Part shown: positions 27,763 through 37,285 of the stretch, piece by piece
How the letters are laid out: each line of letters begins with the position of its first letter
How positions within the stretch are numbered: the stretch's first letter is position 1
The notes under the pieces: model-generated
The model's input: only the letters and a program-made list of their open reading frames with translations
The model's database searches: none
Told to the model about the DNA's origin: nothing
Assembly: GCA_963790025.1 (NCBI GenBank)
Contig: CAWBMP010000004.1
Span: 640,001 to 704,000 of the forward strand
Length of the DNA: 64,000 nucleotides
From: Nitrospirota bacterium
Lineage (GTDB): Bacteria; Nitrospirota; Thermodesulfovibrionia; Thermodesulfovibrionales; Dissulfurispiraceae
Direction of reading: 5' to 3'
Program-made: the position numbers and the translations under genes

Positions 27763-28187
27763 AAATGATGATGGAGTATTTCTTTTAGTCTCGATTTTAC
27801 CATGGCAAGAATCTTTTCAGCGTCTGCAGAAACTCCGGCGTTTACTTCGGCATCATCCGTGCAACTTTTCGCATCCAGCTGTTCCGCACCACTGCCAAGC
27901 TTTCGCCTGACGCCGTCAATAGTATATTTTTCCTCATATAAAAGATGCTTGATCTTCTTTATAAGGTCGACATCGTTCTTTGCATATATCCTTTGCCCTG
28001 TCTTGCCCTTCCTCGGATTAAGGAAAGAAAACTCTGTCTCCCAGTACCGCAGCACATAGGCTTCAACGCCTACAAGCCTGCTGACCTCTCCTATTTTATA
28101 AAAGATTTTATCTGGAAAAAGTTTGAGCGGCTCGGGCGACCCATACTTATCCTGCATCATCAGCTCACTGCGAGTGTTTTCCGGCAA
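27753..28187 (-). CDS. MerR-family HTH regulator (ihfA-linked)
   Basis: YKIGEVS...VLRYWETEF...YTIDG. Confidence 0.9.
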   Translation of the reverse strand: MPENTRSELMMQDKYGSPEPLKLFPDKIFYKIGEVSRLVGVEAYVLRYWETEFSFLNPRKGKTGQRIYAKNDVDLIKKIKHLLYEEKYTIDGVRRKLGSGAEQLDAKSCTDDAEVNAGVSADAEKILAMVKSRLKEILHHHFGA

Positions 28188-28195
28188 CGGCTTGC

Positions 28196-28477
28196 CTAAA
28201 GCTGTTTTTCAACAGCTTCTTTAAGCTGATCGCTCGATTTGAAAGTTACGACCTTGCGCGGGGTTATCTCTACCTCTTCCTTCGTTTTCGGGTTTCTCCC
28301 TATGCGGGAATTCTTCTTGCGGACATTAAACGTGCCGAAACCCGAAACCTTAATGGATTCCCCCGCTATCAATGTCTGCTTAATGGAATCGAAAACAATT
28401 TCGACTATATTTTGTGCCTCGTTTCTCGGAAGTCCGACCTTGTCAAACACAAAATTTACGATATCAGCTTTTGTCAT
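28196..28477 (-). CDS. ihfA: Integration host factor alpha subunit
   Basis: MTKADI, SGFGTF, GRNPKT; ihfA-merR-tRNA-Pro order. Confidence 0.9.
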   Translation of the reverse strand: MTKADIVNFVFDKVGLPRNEAQNIVEIVFDSIKQTLIAGESIKVSGFGTFNVRKKNSRIGRNPKTKEEVEITPRKVVTFKSSDQLKEAVEKQL

Positions 28478-28831
28478 TTTCTTACCTCACATTTCTTATT
28501 CAGTTCTGAAATGGATACCATCCTCTACTGATAAGGACTATACGGTCATTAATTTTATATTACTGCATTGCCTAATTGTCAAGTATTTTCAAATGATTGT
28601 TTAAAAAAAGAACAGCATCAGCCGCATCCTTATATAAAGCTTACATGATCCGCATAGCTTGTCAATACGTAAAACAGGCAAAGGGCGAATGGCCAACTGT
28701 TTAAAGCCGTTTTATTGTTTGACCTTTTGCCTTTGGCCCGCATGTTCACGTTTGACTACTGTTTGATATTTCTGTTATTCTTCTGAGATAACTTTACAAT
28801 GTCTATATTCTTTAGACAAAGAGGATAGCAC

Positions 28832-29227
28832 ATGAAAGAAAAGACAAGAACATCGAAAAATATCTCTGTACGTGATCAGAAGCTTCAGGAAATACGGAAG
28901 AAGCTGACCAAGCAGCGTGAAGAGCTTATTTCAGACGCAGGCATTGCACTCACTGCATTGCCGGATGAGACGGTTTTCCCCGAACTGGGTGATCAGGCAT
29001 CGGCTGAAATCGACAGGAATTTTATGCTGAAACTGAAAGGCAGGGAAAGAAAACTCCTGAAGAAAATAGACGAGGCCATAGAGAAGATCGATAACGGCAC
29101 TTATGGTATTTGCGATTCGTGCGGTGAGGAGATCAATATCAAACGGCTTGAGGCAAGGCCTGTAACAACCATGTGCATTGAATGCAAAACCGAACAGGAA
29201 GAAGAGGAAAAGCTCAGGGAAAGATAG
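28832..29227 (+). CDS. dksA: RNA polymerase-binding protein DksA
   Basis: ELGDQAS, YGICDSC...RLEARP...CIEC. Confidence 0.9.
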   Translation: MKEKTRTSKNISVRDQKLQEIRKKLTKQREELISDAGIALTALPDETVFPELGDQASAEIDRNFMLKLKGRERKLLKKIDEAIEKIDNGTYGICDSCGEEINIKRLEARPVTTMCIECKTEQEEEEKLRER

Positions 29228-29231
29228 ATCA

Positions 29232-30056
29232 TTACATACGGTATTCTTTCAACTCGCACCTTCTTTTCAGAGACTCTCCGAGCAGATTAAAGCATAACGC
29301 TGTTAACGACAAAGCAATCCCCGGATACAATACCATCCATGGTGCATTGAGGACGTAAGTCCTGTTTGCGCTGATCATTGAACCCCATGTTGCTGTCGGC
29401 GGCTGGGCGCCCAGGCCCAGAAAACTCAGAGTGGCCTCGGTAAGCAAGAACCCTCCAAGCTTTATTCCCATCAACACGAGTGCCAGAGGAACGCAAAGCG
29501 GCGCAAGGTGCAAGAACAGGACCCTTATGTGACTGCATCCGACCGCCCGGGCGGCATCAACAAATGCCATGTCCTTTAACGTCATGACCCGGCCCCGTAT
29601 GAGCCGCGCAAATGATGTCCAGCCCACCGCCGCCAAAGCGATAGTTACCGTGTAAATGCCTGGCGGCAGGACCACGGATATGGCTATAGCAAGCAGAAGC
29701 GAAGGGAAAGAGAGGACAAAGTCCACTACCGACATCACAACTATATCAAAAGTGCCGCCAAAATAACCGGCAGTAAGACCTACCAAAAAGCCGATAACAG
29801 CGGAAACAAAGGCACCGGTAACAGCAACGCCGATAGATATCTTGCCGCCATAAATTACCCGTGCAAAAATATCTCTGCCTTTGCTGTCTGTCCCGAACGG
29901 GTGTTGCAGACCCGGCGGTTTGCTTAAAGTATCCAGGTCTATTTTATCAGGGTCTTGAAAAGGCAGCAGTGGAAAGAGGACAGATAGCGTAAAAAGCAAA
30001 GCTACAAATAGCAGCGGCAACACTGTCCACCTATTTTTCTTTGCCATTGTCGACAT
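29232..30056 (-). CDS. Peptide/nickel ABC transporter permease (DppC/OppC-like)
   Basis: HPFGTDSKGRD, FVDAARAVG, LSFLGLG; start at 30056 or 30047. Confidence 0.9.
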   Translation of the reverse strand: MSTMAKKNRWTVLPLLFVALLFTLSVLFPLLPFQDPDKIDLDTLSKPPGLQHPFGTDSKGRDIFARVIYGGKISIGVAVTGAFVSAVIGFLVGLTAGYFGGTFDIVVMSVVDFVLSFPSLLLAIAISVVLPPGIYTVTIALAAVGWTSFARLIRGRVMTLKDMAFVDAARAVGCSHIRVLFLHLAPLCVPLALVLMGIKLGGFLLTEATLSFLGLGAQPPTATWGSMISANRTYVLNAPWMVLYPGIALSLTALCFNLLGESLKRRCELKEYRM

Positions 30057-30972
30057 GCAGGCGTATCCTCGGATCGAGATAATGATAGAGTATATCAACC
30101 AGGAGATTGACCATGACAAAAACTACCGTACCGGCAATGATACAGCCCATTATCACCGGGTAATCCCTCATAATAATCCCTTCCATGGTAAACCTTCCTA
30201 TCCCGTCCCACCCGAATATAGTTTCAGTGACCACTGCCCCGTTCAGATAGCTTCCGAAATCGAGGCCTATTATAGTGACGATGGGAATTATTGCATTTTT
30301 AAGGACATGTTTCATTTGTATCCTGAGCATCGGCAATCCTTTTGCCCGCGCTGTTGTCATAAAAGGCATACCGAGCACCTCTGCAACAATGGTCTTCGTC
30401 ACTCTCACCAATGTCGCAGCAGCCGGTATCGAGAGTGCAAGCGCAGGGAGCACGAGAAATCTGATATTCCCGGTGCCTGACGGGGGAAACAGCTTCAACC
30501 AGAGACTGAATACAATCATCATAACAATAGCGCTCCAGAAAACAGGAATACTGAGACCTGCAAGTGATAGCGCGTCGATCATTTTTTCGACAACCCCGCC
30601 TCTCCTGTAAGCAGCCGCAAACCCGGAAATGATGCCGAGGGGAACAGATATAGCCATCGCAGCAAAGGCAAGCTCCATGGTATTCGGGAATTTCAGAGCA
30701 ATGTCCGACAACACATCCCTATTGGTGTAATAAGATCTGCCAAAATCTCCGTGCGCAAGCATCTTAAGATACCCGGCATACTGATGCAGCGTATCCTTGT
30801 CAGCGCCTATCCGCTTTCTGATGCTCTCTATCGTTTCCTGACTGGCGCGTTCTCCTACAAGACTCAGCACTATATCACCGGGGAGTGATTTTAGAAGAGT
30901 AAATGAAACCAGCGTGATACCCAGCAAAAGGGGGATCAAAAGCACAAGTCTTTTAATAATGTACCGTGTAAT
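30031..30972 (-). CDS. Peptide/nickel ABC transporter permease (DppB/OppB-like), probable ATT start
   Basis: GDFGRSY, TARAKGL, ETIFGWDGIG, LDPRIR; N-terminus (I/M)TRYIIKRLV begins 8 nt after GGAGG. Confidence 0.88.
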   Translation of the reverse strand: MTRYIIKRLVLLIPLLLGITLVSFTLLKSLPGDIVLSLVGERASQETIESIRKRIGADKDTLHQYAGYLKMLAHGDFGRSYYTNRDVLSDIALKFPNTMELAFAAMAISVPLGIISGFAAAYRRGGVVEKMIDALSLAGLSIPVFWSAIVMMIVFSLWLKLFPPSGTGNIRFLVLPALALSIPAAATLVRVTKTIVAEVLGMPFMTTARAKGLPMLRIQMKHVLKNAIIPIVTIIGLDFGSYLNGAVVTETIFGWDGIGRFTMEGIIMRDYPVIMGCIIAGTVVFVMVNLLVDILYHYLDPRIRLHVDNGKEK

Positions 30973-31023
30973 CGCCGGCCCCTCCGGAGTTTATTGTTAT
31001 TTTACAGTAAATCCGACACTAAT

Positions 31024-31091
31024 AAGCGTAATTAATGATATGTTTCCGGAGCGCAGCGTCTGAGCGGAAGAAATATACCATTCATTACGCT
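31024..31091. repeat. Palindromic intergenic (REP-like) element
   Basis: AGCGTAATTAATGATATGTTTC...GAAATATACCATTCATTACGCT. Confidence 0.45.
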
Positions 31092-31105
31092 GTCTGCATT
31101 AGAGA

Positions 31106-31957
31106 TTATTTCACCATCGGACATACGCTATCCACAACATTTCCTTTTTCATCGAACTTGCATGCGAGATATCCGATGTCCTGATACAGCGTGAACCATG
31201 CCCCATCATTGATGCCCTTGTTCTCATATCTGGCCTTCTCCCTGATGGAATCAAGAGGAAAATTATCATAAGCCGTAATCCACAGGGGATTGAAATGCAC
31301 GTGCGTGGTAAGAAGGTCGCCGAGATGTATTGCCTCTTCCCCCGAAGACCTCATAATGACTATCTGGTGCCCCCTGGTATGGCCCCCTGTCAAAGACACT
31401 CTTATTCCGCTGGAAATTTCTGCCAGGCCGTCCACAAGCTCCAGGTTCCCGCTCTTTTGCAGAGTTTCAATGTTTACAGGCCAGTATGTATTTACGGCCC
31501 TCACATTGGGATTTATGACATCCTCCCATTCCGCCTTCTGTAGAATATGCCTTGCGTTTGGGAAAGTAAGCTCCAGTTCCCCGCCATGCTGCATGGCTAC
31601 GCCGGCAGAGTGGTCCCAGTCATAGTGGGTCAATATGACAAAATCTACGTCTCCCCTATCGAAACCAAGGGCCTTAAGGTCATCGGGGACACGCCATTCC
31701 TCACGTATCCTGAAAATCTTTTTTTGCTTGTCGGTAAGCTTATTTCCAATTCCAGATTCGATCACGACCAGCGCATCAGGCGTCTTGACCAGAATAGGCC
31801 AGGCCGCGAGCGAGACATAGTTTTCCGCGTCACTAGGGAATTTTTTTTCCCACAGGATCTTGGGAACAGGTCCGAATACCGTGCCGCCATCAAACTGGCA
31901 GACACCGCCGTCAAGCCAGAAGAGTTCGAACTCTCCCACTTTCAATTTATTTTTCAT
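31106..31957 (-). CDS. MBL-fold metallo-hydrolase (YtnP-like)
   Basis: DGGTVFGPVPK, THYDWDH, GGHTRGH, LGDL. Confidence 0.88.
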   Translation of the reverse strand: MKNKLKVGEFELFWLDGGVCQFDGGTVFGPVPKILWEKKFPSDAENYVSLAAWPILVKTPDALVVIESGIGNKLTDKQKKIFRIREEWRVPDDLKALGFDRGDVDFVILTHYDWDHSAGVAMQHGGELELTFPNARHILQKAEWEDVINPNVRAVNTYWPVNIETLQKSGNLELVDGLAEISSGIRVSLTGGHTRGHQIVIMRSSGEEAIHLGDLLTTHVHFNPLWITAYDNFPLDSIREKARYENKGINDGAWFTLYQDIGYLACKFDEKGNVVDSVCPMVK

Positions 31958-33528
31958 TCTGATGTACTCCTTTCAATTTCCATTCCTTTGTCCATTGTGT
32001 AGATAGGGTAAACTTTGTATCCCTTCACCCACGGCTGTTTTACCATATAATCAGTTTTGTGCCAGAAAAAGACACTTGGGGCATCCTTTATTATCAATTC
32101 TTCAGCCTGCTTGTAAAATCGCGTTCTGTCGTGTTCGTCAAGAGAAAACTGTCCCTGCTCAATAAGTGAATCTACAGCTTTGTTGCAATAGCGCGTCCTG
32201 TTTCCTGCAGGCCCACGGTTGGAGGAATGGAACAAGGGAAAGAGGAAGTTCTCGGGGTCGGGGTAATCGGCCCACCAGCTGAGCCAGAACAGTTCAGGCT
32301 CACCCCTGTTTACCGACTCCTTAAAAGCGCTCCACTCAAGCTGCCTGAGCACCACGTCAATTCCTGCAGCCGAAAGATATGACTGAATAATTTCAGCGAG
32401 GTCCACCACTTCCTGGTCAGACGTAATATAAAGGTGCACGCGCACTCCCGGCAAACCCTCACTCTTTATTATCTTTCTTGCATTTAGTGGATCATACCCG
32501 CCATCCGTAACGTCATCAAGTTGCCACGTCCTCAAGAGGTCCGGGACCGGTCCTGCTGCCAATTTCCCCCTGCCCTCGTAAAACGTCCGCAGAATTTTCT
32601 TGACGTCGATTGCAGAAGCGACGGCCCTTCTCATCTTTACATTGTTAAAAGGGGGTCTCGAAGTATTCATGCCGAGATAATAAGTATTGAGTCCTCTAAG
32701 CGAAATAATTTGGCCGCTCCATTTTTTATCGTTTCTGAATTTAGCATACGCAGTGGCAGGAAGGGAAATAACATCAAGGTTGCCGAGTTCAAATTCGGTA
32801 ATCGCGGTCAAATCCTCTGGTATTATTCTATACACGAGGCCTTTTACTTTCGCTCCGCCGTCAAAGTAATCGTCCCTTTTTGTCAGCACCACTTCCCTGT
32901 TAGGCATCAATGATTTCACGACAAAAGGTCCTGTCCCGATACAACTCGCTCCATCGAAGACCGCGACATAAGCCGGTGTTGTGCTCAGCATGCTGAGAAA
33001 CGGCGAAAACGGCCTTCTCAGTTTAATTTCGAAGGTGTAGGCATCGATCACCCGGAATCCGGCAACATCTCCCGCCAGCCCTTCACGATACGCCTCTGCG
33101 CCTTCGACCTTATCGAAGACCCAAACATTGGGGGACTTAGTCGCAGGATTCAGGACCCTCTCAAAGGACGTTTTGAAGTCCTGAGCTGTAACGTGACGGT
33201 TATTGGAAAACAGCACACCCCGCTTAAGAACAAAAGTATAATTGAGCCCGTCCTTTGATATGTGCCACCGCTCCGCGATATCCGGCGCCACAGAGAGATG
33301 GTCATCCAGCTTCACAAGGCCATTAAAAAGTTTTGCAGCGACTGAAGCACCCGAGACATCGGCAATCAAGGCCGGATCGAGCGTCGAAGGAGTTGAATTC
33401 AAGCGGTAATAGAAAAAACCTTCGATGCGGTTTGAGGAGCTGCATCCGGTTGTGAGCATGACAATTAAAAACAAAATGACATTACAGGCTAAAAAGGAGT
33501 GCAGCAGTTTACATGTGACACGCATCAA
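31954..33528 (-). CDS. Peptide ABC transporter substrate-binding lipoprotein (family 5)
   Basis: Lipobox-like TTGC, TLDPA, GTGPF, WWADYPDP. Confidence 0.9.
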   Translation of the reverse strand: MMRVTCKLLHSFLACNVILFLIVMLTTGCSSSNRIEGFFYYRLNSTPSTLDPALIADVSGASVAAKLFNGLVKLDDHLSVAPDIAERWHISKDGLNYTFVLKRGVLFSNNRHVTAQDFKTSFERVLNPATKSPNVWVFDKVEGAEAYREGLAGDVAGFRVIDAYTFEIKLRRPFSPFLSMLSTTPAYVAVFDGASCIGTGPFVVKSLMPNREVVLTKRDDYFDGGAKVKGLVYRIIPEDLTAITEFELGNLDVISLPATAYAKFRNDKKWSGQIISLRGLNTYYLGMNTSRPPFNNVKMRRAVASAIDVKKILRTFYEGRGKLAAGPVPDLLRTWQLDDVTDGGYDPLNARKIIKSEGLPGVRVHLYITSDQEVVDLAEIIQSYLSAAGIDVVLRQLEWSAFKESVNRGEPELFWLSWWADYPDPENFLFPLFHSSNRGPAGNRTRYCNKAVDSLIEQGQFSLDEHDRTRFYKQAEELIIKDAPSVFFWHKTDYMVKQPWVKGYKVYPIYTMDKGMEIERSTSE

Positions 33529-33629
33529 TCATAATATCATTGCCGGGAAATCCTTTACAAATTAATCTCTTAACTAAACTTATCGCTGCATTGTCCGATA
33601 ACATTTGTATAGCCTGAAATAAACAAGGG

Positions 33630-34916
33630 GTGAGTATGAAAAAATTGACGGTAATCGCGCTTTTTTTTCTTTTAGTAATTTTGGCGGCCGGCGGTCGGGA
33701 GGCGGCCGGCTCGGGTTATGCAGTCTACTCTCAGGGACAGGATTCCATGGCGCAGGGGACGGCGTTGGTGGCCCATACGAACAGCCCTTCGGCAATCTTT
33801 TATAACCCGGCACTCATCAATAGCTTGTCCGGTACCCAGGCTGAGGCAAATCTTACGATTCTCGATCCTTCGCGTAAATTTACAAGCAGTGTAACGGGGA
33901 GGTCGTTTTCGTCCCAAGACAACCTGATATACGTTCCGTCCGGTTTTATGTCTTACAAGTTCAACGATAAGCTAAGTGCCGGCATTGGTTTTTTTACTCC
34001 TTTCGGCCTCGTCTCAAACTGGGGAGAAACATGGGAGGGCAGATATATAACTACAAAGGCTTCCCTGCTGACGATAGACGTAAATCCCGTCCTGTCCTAC
34101 AAAGTGTTGGACAACCTTTCTGTCGCCGCGGGGCCGGATTTCGTGTATGCCGATGCGAATCTTCAGAAGATGCTGAACCTGAGCGGTTTTCGTCTGCCGG
34201 ATGCGCGGCAGACGCTTAAGGGCGATGCCGTTGGGTTTGGGTGGAATGCCGGTGTTGCCTGGGACCCCCATGCTGACTGGACTGTAGGGGGCTCGTATAG
34301 AAGCGCAGTAGTTTTGCGCATCGATGGCACGTTGTCGAATGACCTGCCGGCAGGGACACCGGGTGTTATCGCCTCATTGTTACCGAACACTGGCGCGCAC
34401 ACAAAGAATACGCTGCCTGCCCAAGCTGCCATAGCAGTCGCCTATAAGGGTATACCTCATCTTGTAATCGAACTGGGGGGACGATGGGAGGAGTGGTCAA
34501 AGTATAATGAACTGCGTGTCGATCTTGACAGTCCGGTTGCAGGGGCAACGGTGTCGATTACCCCGAAGAACTGGAAGGATATATTTGCGTTTGACGCAGG
34601 TGCGAAATATCAGATATCCGATGCGTTTGCGATAATGGCAGGGTATATTTTACAGGGCAATCCCATTCCCGACGCGACGTTCGAACCGTCGGTGCCGGAC
34701 AGCGGCTCCAGTGTGTATACAGCGGGTGTTGAGTATAAAACCGGGAAGTTTAGAACTTCCATAGCATACGGCTACCAGCATTTTCCTCAGAGAACGAAAA
34801 ACAACGCGATCGATGATAATGTCGCAGACGGTATTTTAAATCCGGCAACGAGCGCAAACGGCGTTTACAGTTCACATATCCATCTAATAGGATTTACGGT
34901 CGCCTATTCATTCTGA
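33630..34916 (+). CDS. OmpP1/FadL-family outer membrane protein
   Basis: SAIFYNPA, TPFGL, W...DIF, C-terminal YSF. Confidence 0.88.
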   Translation: MSMKKLTVIALFFLLVILAAGGREAAGSGYAVYSQGQDSMAQGTALVAHTNSPSAIFYNPALINSLSGTQAEANLTILDPSRKFTSSVTGRSFSSQDNLIYVPSGFMSYKFNDKLSAGIGFFTPFGLVSNWGETWEGRYITTKASLLTIDVNPVLSYKVLDNLSVAAGPDFVYADANLQKMLNLSGFRLPDARQTLKGDAVGFGWNAGVAWDPHADWTVGGSYRSAVVLRIDGTLSNDLPAGTPGVIASLLPNTGAHTKNTLPAQAAIAVAYKGIPHLVIELGGRWEEWSKYNELRVDLDSPVAGATVSITPKNWKDIFAFDAGAKYQISDAFAIMAGYILQGNPIPDATFEPSVPDSGSSVYTAGVEYKTGKFRTSIAYGYQHFPQRTKNNAIDDNVADGILNPATSANGVYSSHIHLIGFTVAYSF

Positions 34917-35037
34917 CAGTGATATGATGCTTGATACCTGGATCAAAATTACCGTTAGTGTCCCGGCATTATGACTGAAGATACACTACCTTGAATGCCT
35001 GTATGTATCACACTCCTTTATTTGGGACAGGGCGATC

Positions 35038-35514
35038 ATGTTCTCCAGCGAATATTTAAACGCGATCATTGAGAAGTCCCTGGATTTCGCCAAAAAAAGT
35101 TTTGACCGCTACAAGACCCTTTTCAATCAGGGGGCTGTGTCAAGGGAACAGTTCGAGGAGAAAGAAACATCGTTAAATGTGCTGAATTCGAAGACCAGGG
35201 AAATGAAAACAGCTCTCGTGGCAATCGCAGATCTGCACAAGGTATGGATAAACTCGGACGTAGATGAAACCGACATTGGAAGAATAACAACCGGCGACTC
35301 CGCAGAAGTGACCTCCGACGCATATCCCGGCAGGGTCTTCAAAGGAGAAGTAGTAAAGCTTGCGGATTATATCGGGACGCGAAAAATAAAACCGAATAAT
35401 GCGGCAAAGAATACCGATATGAAAGTCATGCAGGTAAAAGTAAAAATAAAAGAAGCAAACCCGTTTAAACCCGGGATGACAGTAGATGTTAAAATAAAAC
35501 CCGGCTTGCTTTAA
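35038..35514 (+). pseudogene. Fragmented efflux membrane-fusion (HlyD-like) gene
   Basis: Hairpin segment (RYKTLFNQGAVSRE) abuts the beta-barrel segment (IADLHKVWINSDVDETDIG...PGMTVDV); no signal anchor or lipoyl halves seen. Confidence 0.6.
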
Positions 35515-35536
35515 CTAAAAACATTACCGGTGTCGC

Positions 35537-36595
35537 TCAACCATTCTGACTTGCTTCAAAATTTCTGAAAATTTCCAGGACCGATAAAAAAAGCGCTACT
35601 ACGAGCGGTCCCACGACAAGCCCGACCACTCCAAAAAATTCGATGCCGCCGAGGACACTGAAAAAGATGATGACGGTATGCATGCTTGTTCTGTTTCCAA
35701 TTAAAACCGGACGGAGCACACTGTCCAAAAGGCTCATCCCGAAGATCCCGATCAAGGTGAGCATGATTCCCTTCACAGCGGAAACCTGAATGAACAGATA
35801 CAACGCTATGGGCCCCCATACGGTCAATGTACCAAGCATGGGAATGAATGATCCTATTGCCGTGCAAAGCCCCCATAAAACCGGCGACCTGATACCAAGG
35901 CTTGCATACGCGATGCCGCCTATTGTGCCCTGCACTATAGCGACGACAACGCCGCCGAAAACGGTCGAAATGACAATGTCCCTGACCTGCTTTACGAGCC
36001 TGTCTTTCTGCTTCTCCGAAAACGGCATATAATCCCTGCTCTTGCCGAGAAATGCCGCGCCGTCCCTGAGCATAAAAAAAATAGCAAATGTCATCAGGAG
36101 GAAGTTAATTAAGAAGCCGAAAACACTGCCCAGGCCGATAGGAATCTTGCCGACCACTTCCTTTAATATTCCTGACGCGTTATTGACAAGGTTTTGTTCG
36201 ATATCGGCTTCGGACATGGAAATATCGAAAACTTCCATAGTCTTGACCACAAGATATTTCACTGCCGGATAACGTAAAACATCGTGCAGCGACTGCAGTT
36301 TTCCGGTGCTTATGTGGCCTGTAATAGTCTGCACTTCGTTTACCAGTAAATACGAAAAATATGAAAAGGGCCCTATAAGAACTGCTACAATTATTATAAG
36401 GACAATAAGAGAAGCGAGGCCTTTCCATTTCATGTACTTTGAAATATAGCTGTATAGAGGGTAGAAAACTATCGACAGGACAATACTCCATGTCAGCGGC
36501 GCCAGGAACGGACGTATTATCTTAAACGTAAGGTATCCCAACCCTGTTACAATGGCCATCATTACAATAAAATAAAACCTGTTAGGTCTCACCAT
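35537..36595 (-). CDS. AI-2E family transporter
   Basis: FFMLRDG, FIPMLG, LRPVLIG, GVVGLVVGP. Confidence 0.9.
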   Translation of the reverse strand: MVRPNRFYFIVMMAIVTGLGYLTFKIIRPFLAPLTWSIVLSIVFYPLYSYISKYMKWKGLASLIVLIIIVAVLIGPFSYFSYLLVNEVQTITGHISTGKLQSLHDVLRYPAVKYLVVKTMEVFDISMSEADIEQNLVNNASGILKEVVGKIPIGLGSVFGFLINFLLMTFAIFFMLRDGAAFLGKSRDYMPFSEKQKDRLVKQVRDIVISTVFGGVVVAIVQGTIGGIAYASLGIRSPVLWGLCTAIGSFIPMLGTLTVWGPIALYLFIQVSAVKGIMLTLIGIFGMSLLDSVLRPVLIGNRTSMHTVIIFFSVLGGIEFFGVVGLVVGPLVVALFLSVLEIFRNFEASQNG

Positions 36596-36601
36596 GTCAT
36601 T

Positions 36602-37285
36602 TTATTCCACACTTGTCTTCGTCCTGTCCATAAAAAGTGCAAAGATATGTGATGAAAGTCTATCACAATCCCTTTCAGGATGCCATTGAACGCCGGCCAG
36701 AAAAGGATAGCCAGGGTGATAAATGCCCTCTATGATACCGTCATTCGCTGCAGCAAAAGTTTTCAGTCCGCTGCCCAACTTCCTGACTGCCTGATGATGG
36801 TTGGAATTCACCATGAAAGTCCGGGGAAGCGGGACGAGTGATTCAGCCAGCCGGCCGGCGACTGTTATGCTGTGCGGGCCGCCTTTATGGTCCAGAGCAC
36901 CCTGTTTCTCAAGACTGATGTCCTGATAAAGAGTGCCTCCAAACATAACGTTGATAAGCTGCATCCCGTAGCATATGCCGAGAACAGGTTTTTTTCTGCT
37001 GTTCATCTCGTGCAGCAACGCAAGTTCCAGATCGGTCCTGTCCTTTTCCACAAAAGCCCCTGCAGTCCGTACTGTTATTTCCTCGTTGCAATATTCAGGC
37101 AACAGATCGTCTCCGCCAGGAATCAGAAGACCGTCCAGGATGTCAGCGATACGGGAAATATCATCGGAAACCGGCACAAGGATTATCGGAGTGCCCCCCG
37201 CAACTGTCACGGCAGAAACGTAGTTACGCTTCAAGCCGAAAGAACTTTTATCAGTGTCAGCCGTTATGCCAATCAATGGTCTCAT
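36602..37285 (-). CDS. Gamma-glutamyl-GABA hydrolase family (peptidase C26)
   Basis: PGGDD, GICYGMQ, VNSNHHQ, QWHPE. Confidence 0.9.
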   Translation of the reverse strand: MRPLIGITADTDKSSFGLKRNYVSAVTVAGGTPIILVPVSDDISRIADILDGLLIPGGDDLLPEYCNEEITVRTAGAFVEKDRTDLELALLHEMNSRKKPVLGICYGMQLINVMFGGTLYQDISLEKQGALDHKGGPHSITVAGRLAESLVPLPRTFMVNSNHHQAVRKLGSGLKTFAAANDGIIEGIYHPGYPFLAGVQWHPERDCDRLSSHIFALFMDRTKTSVE

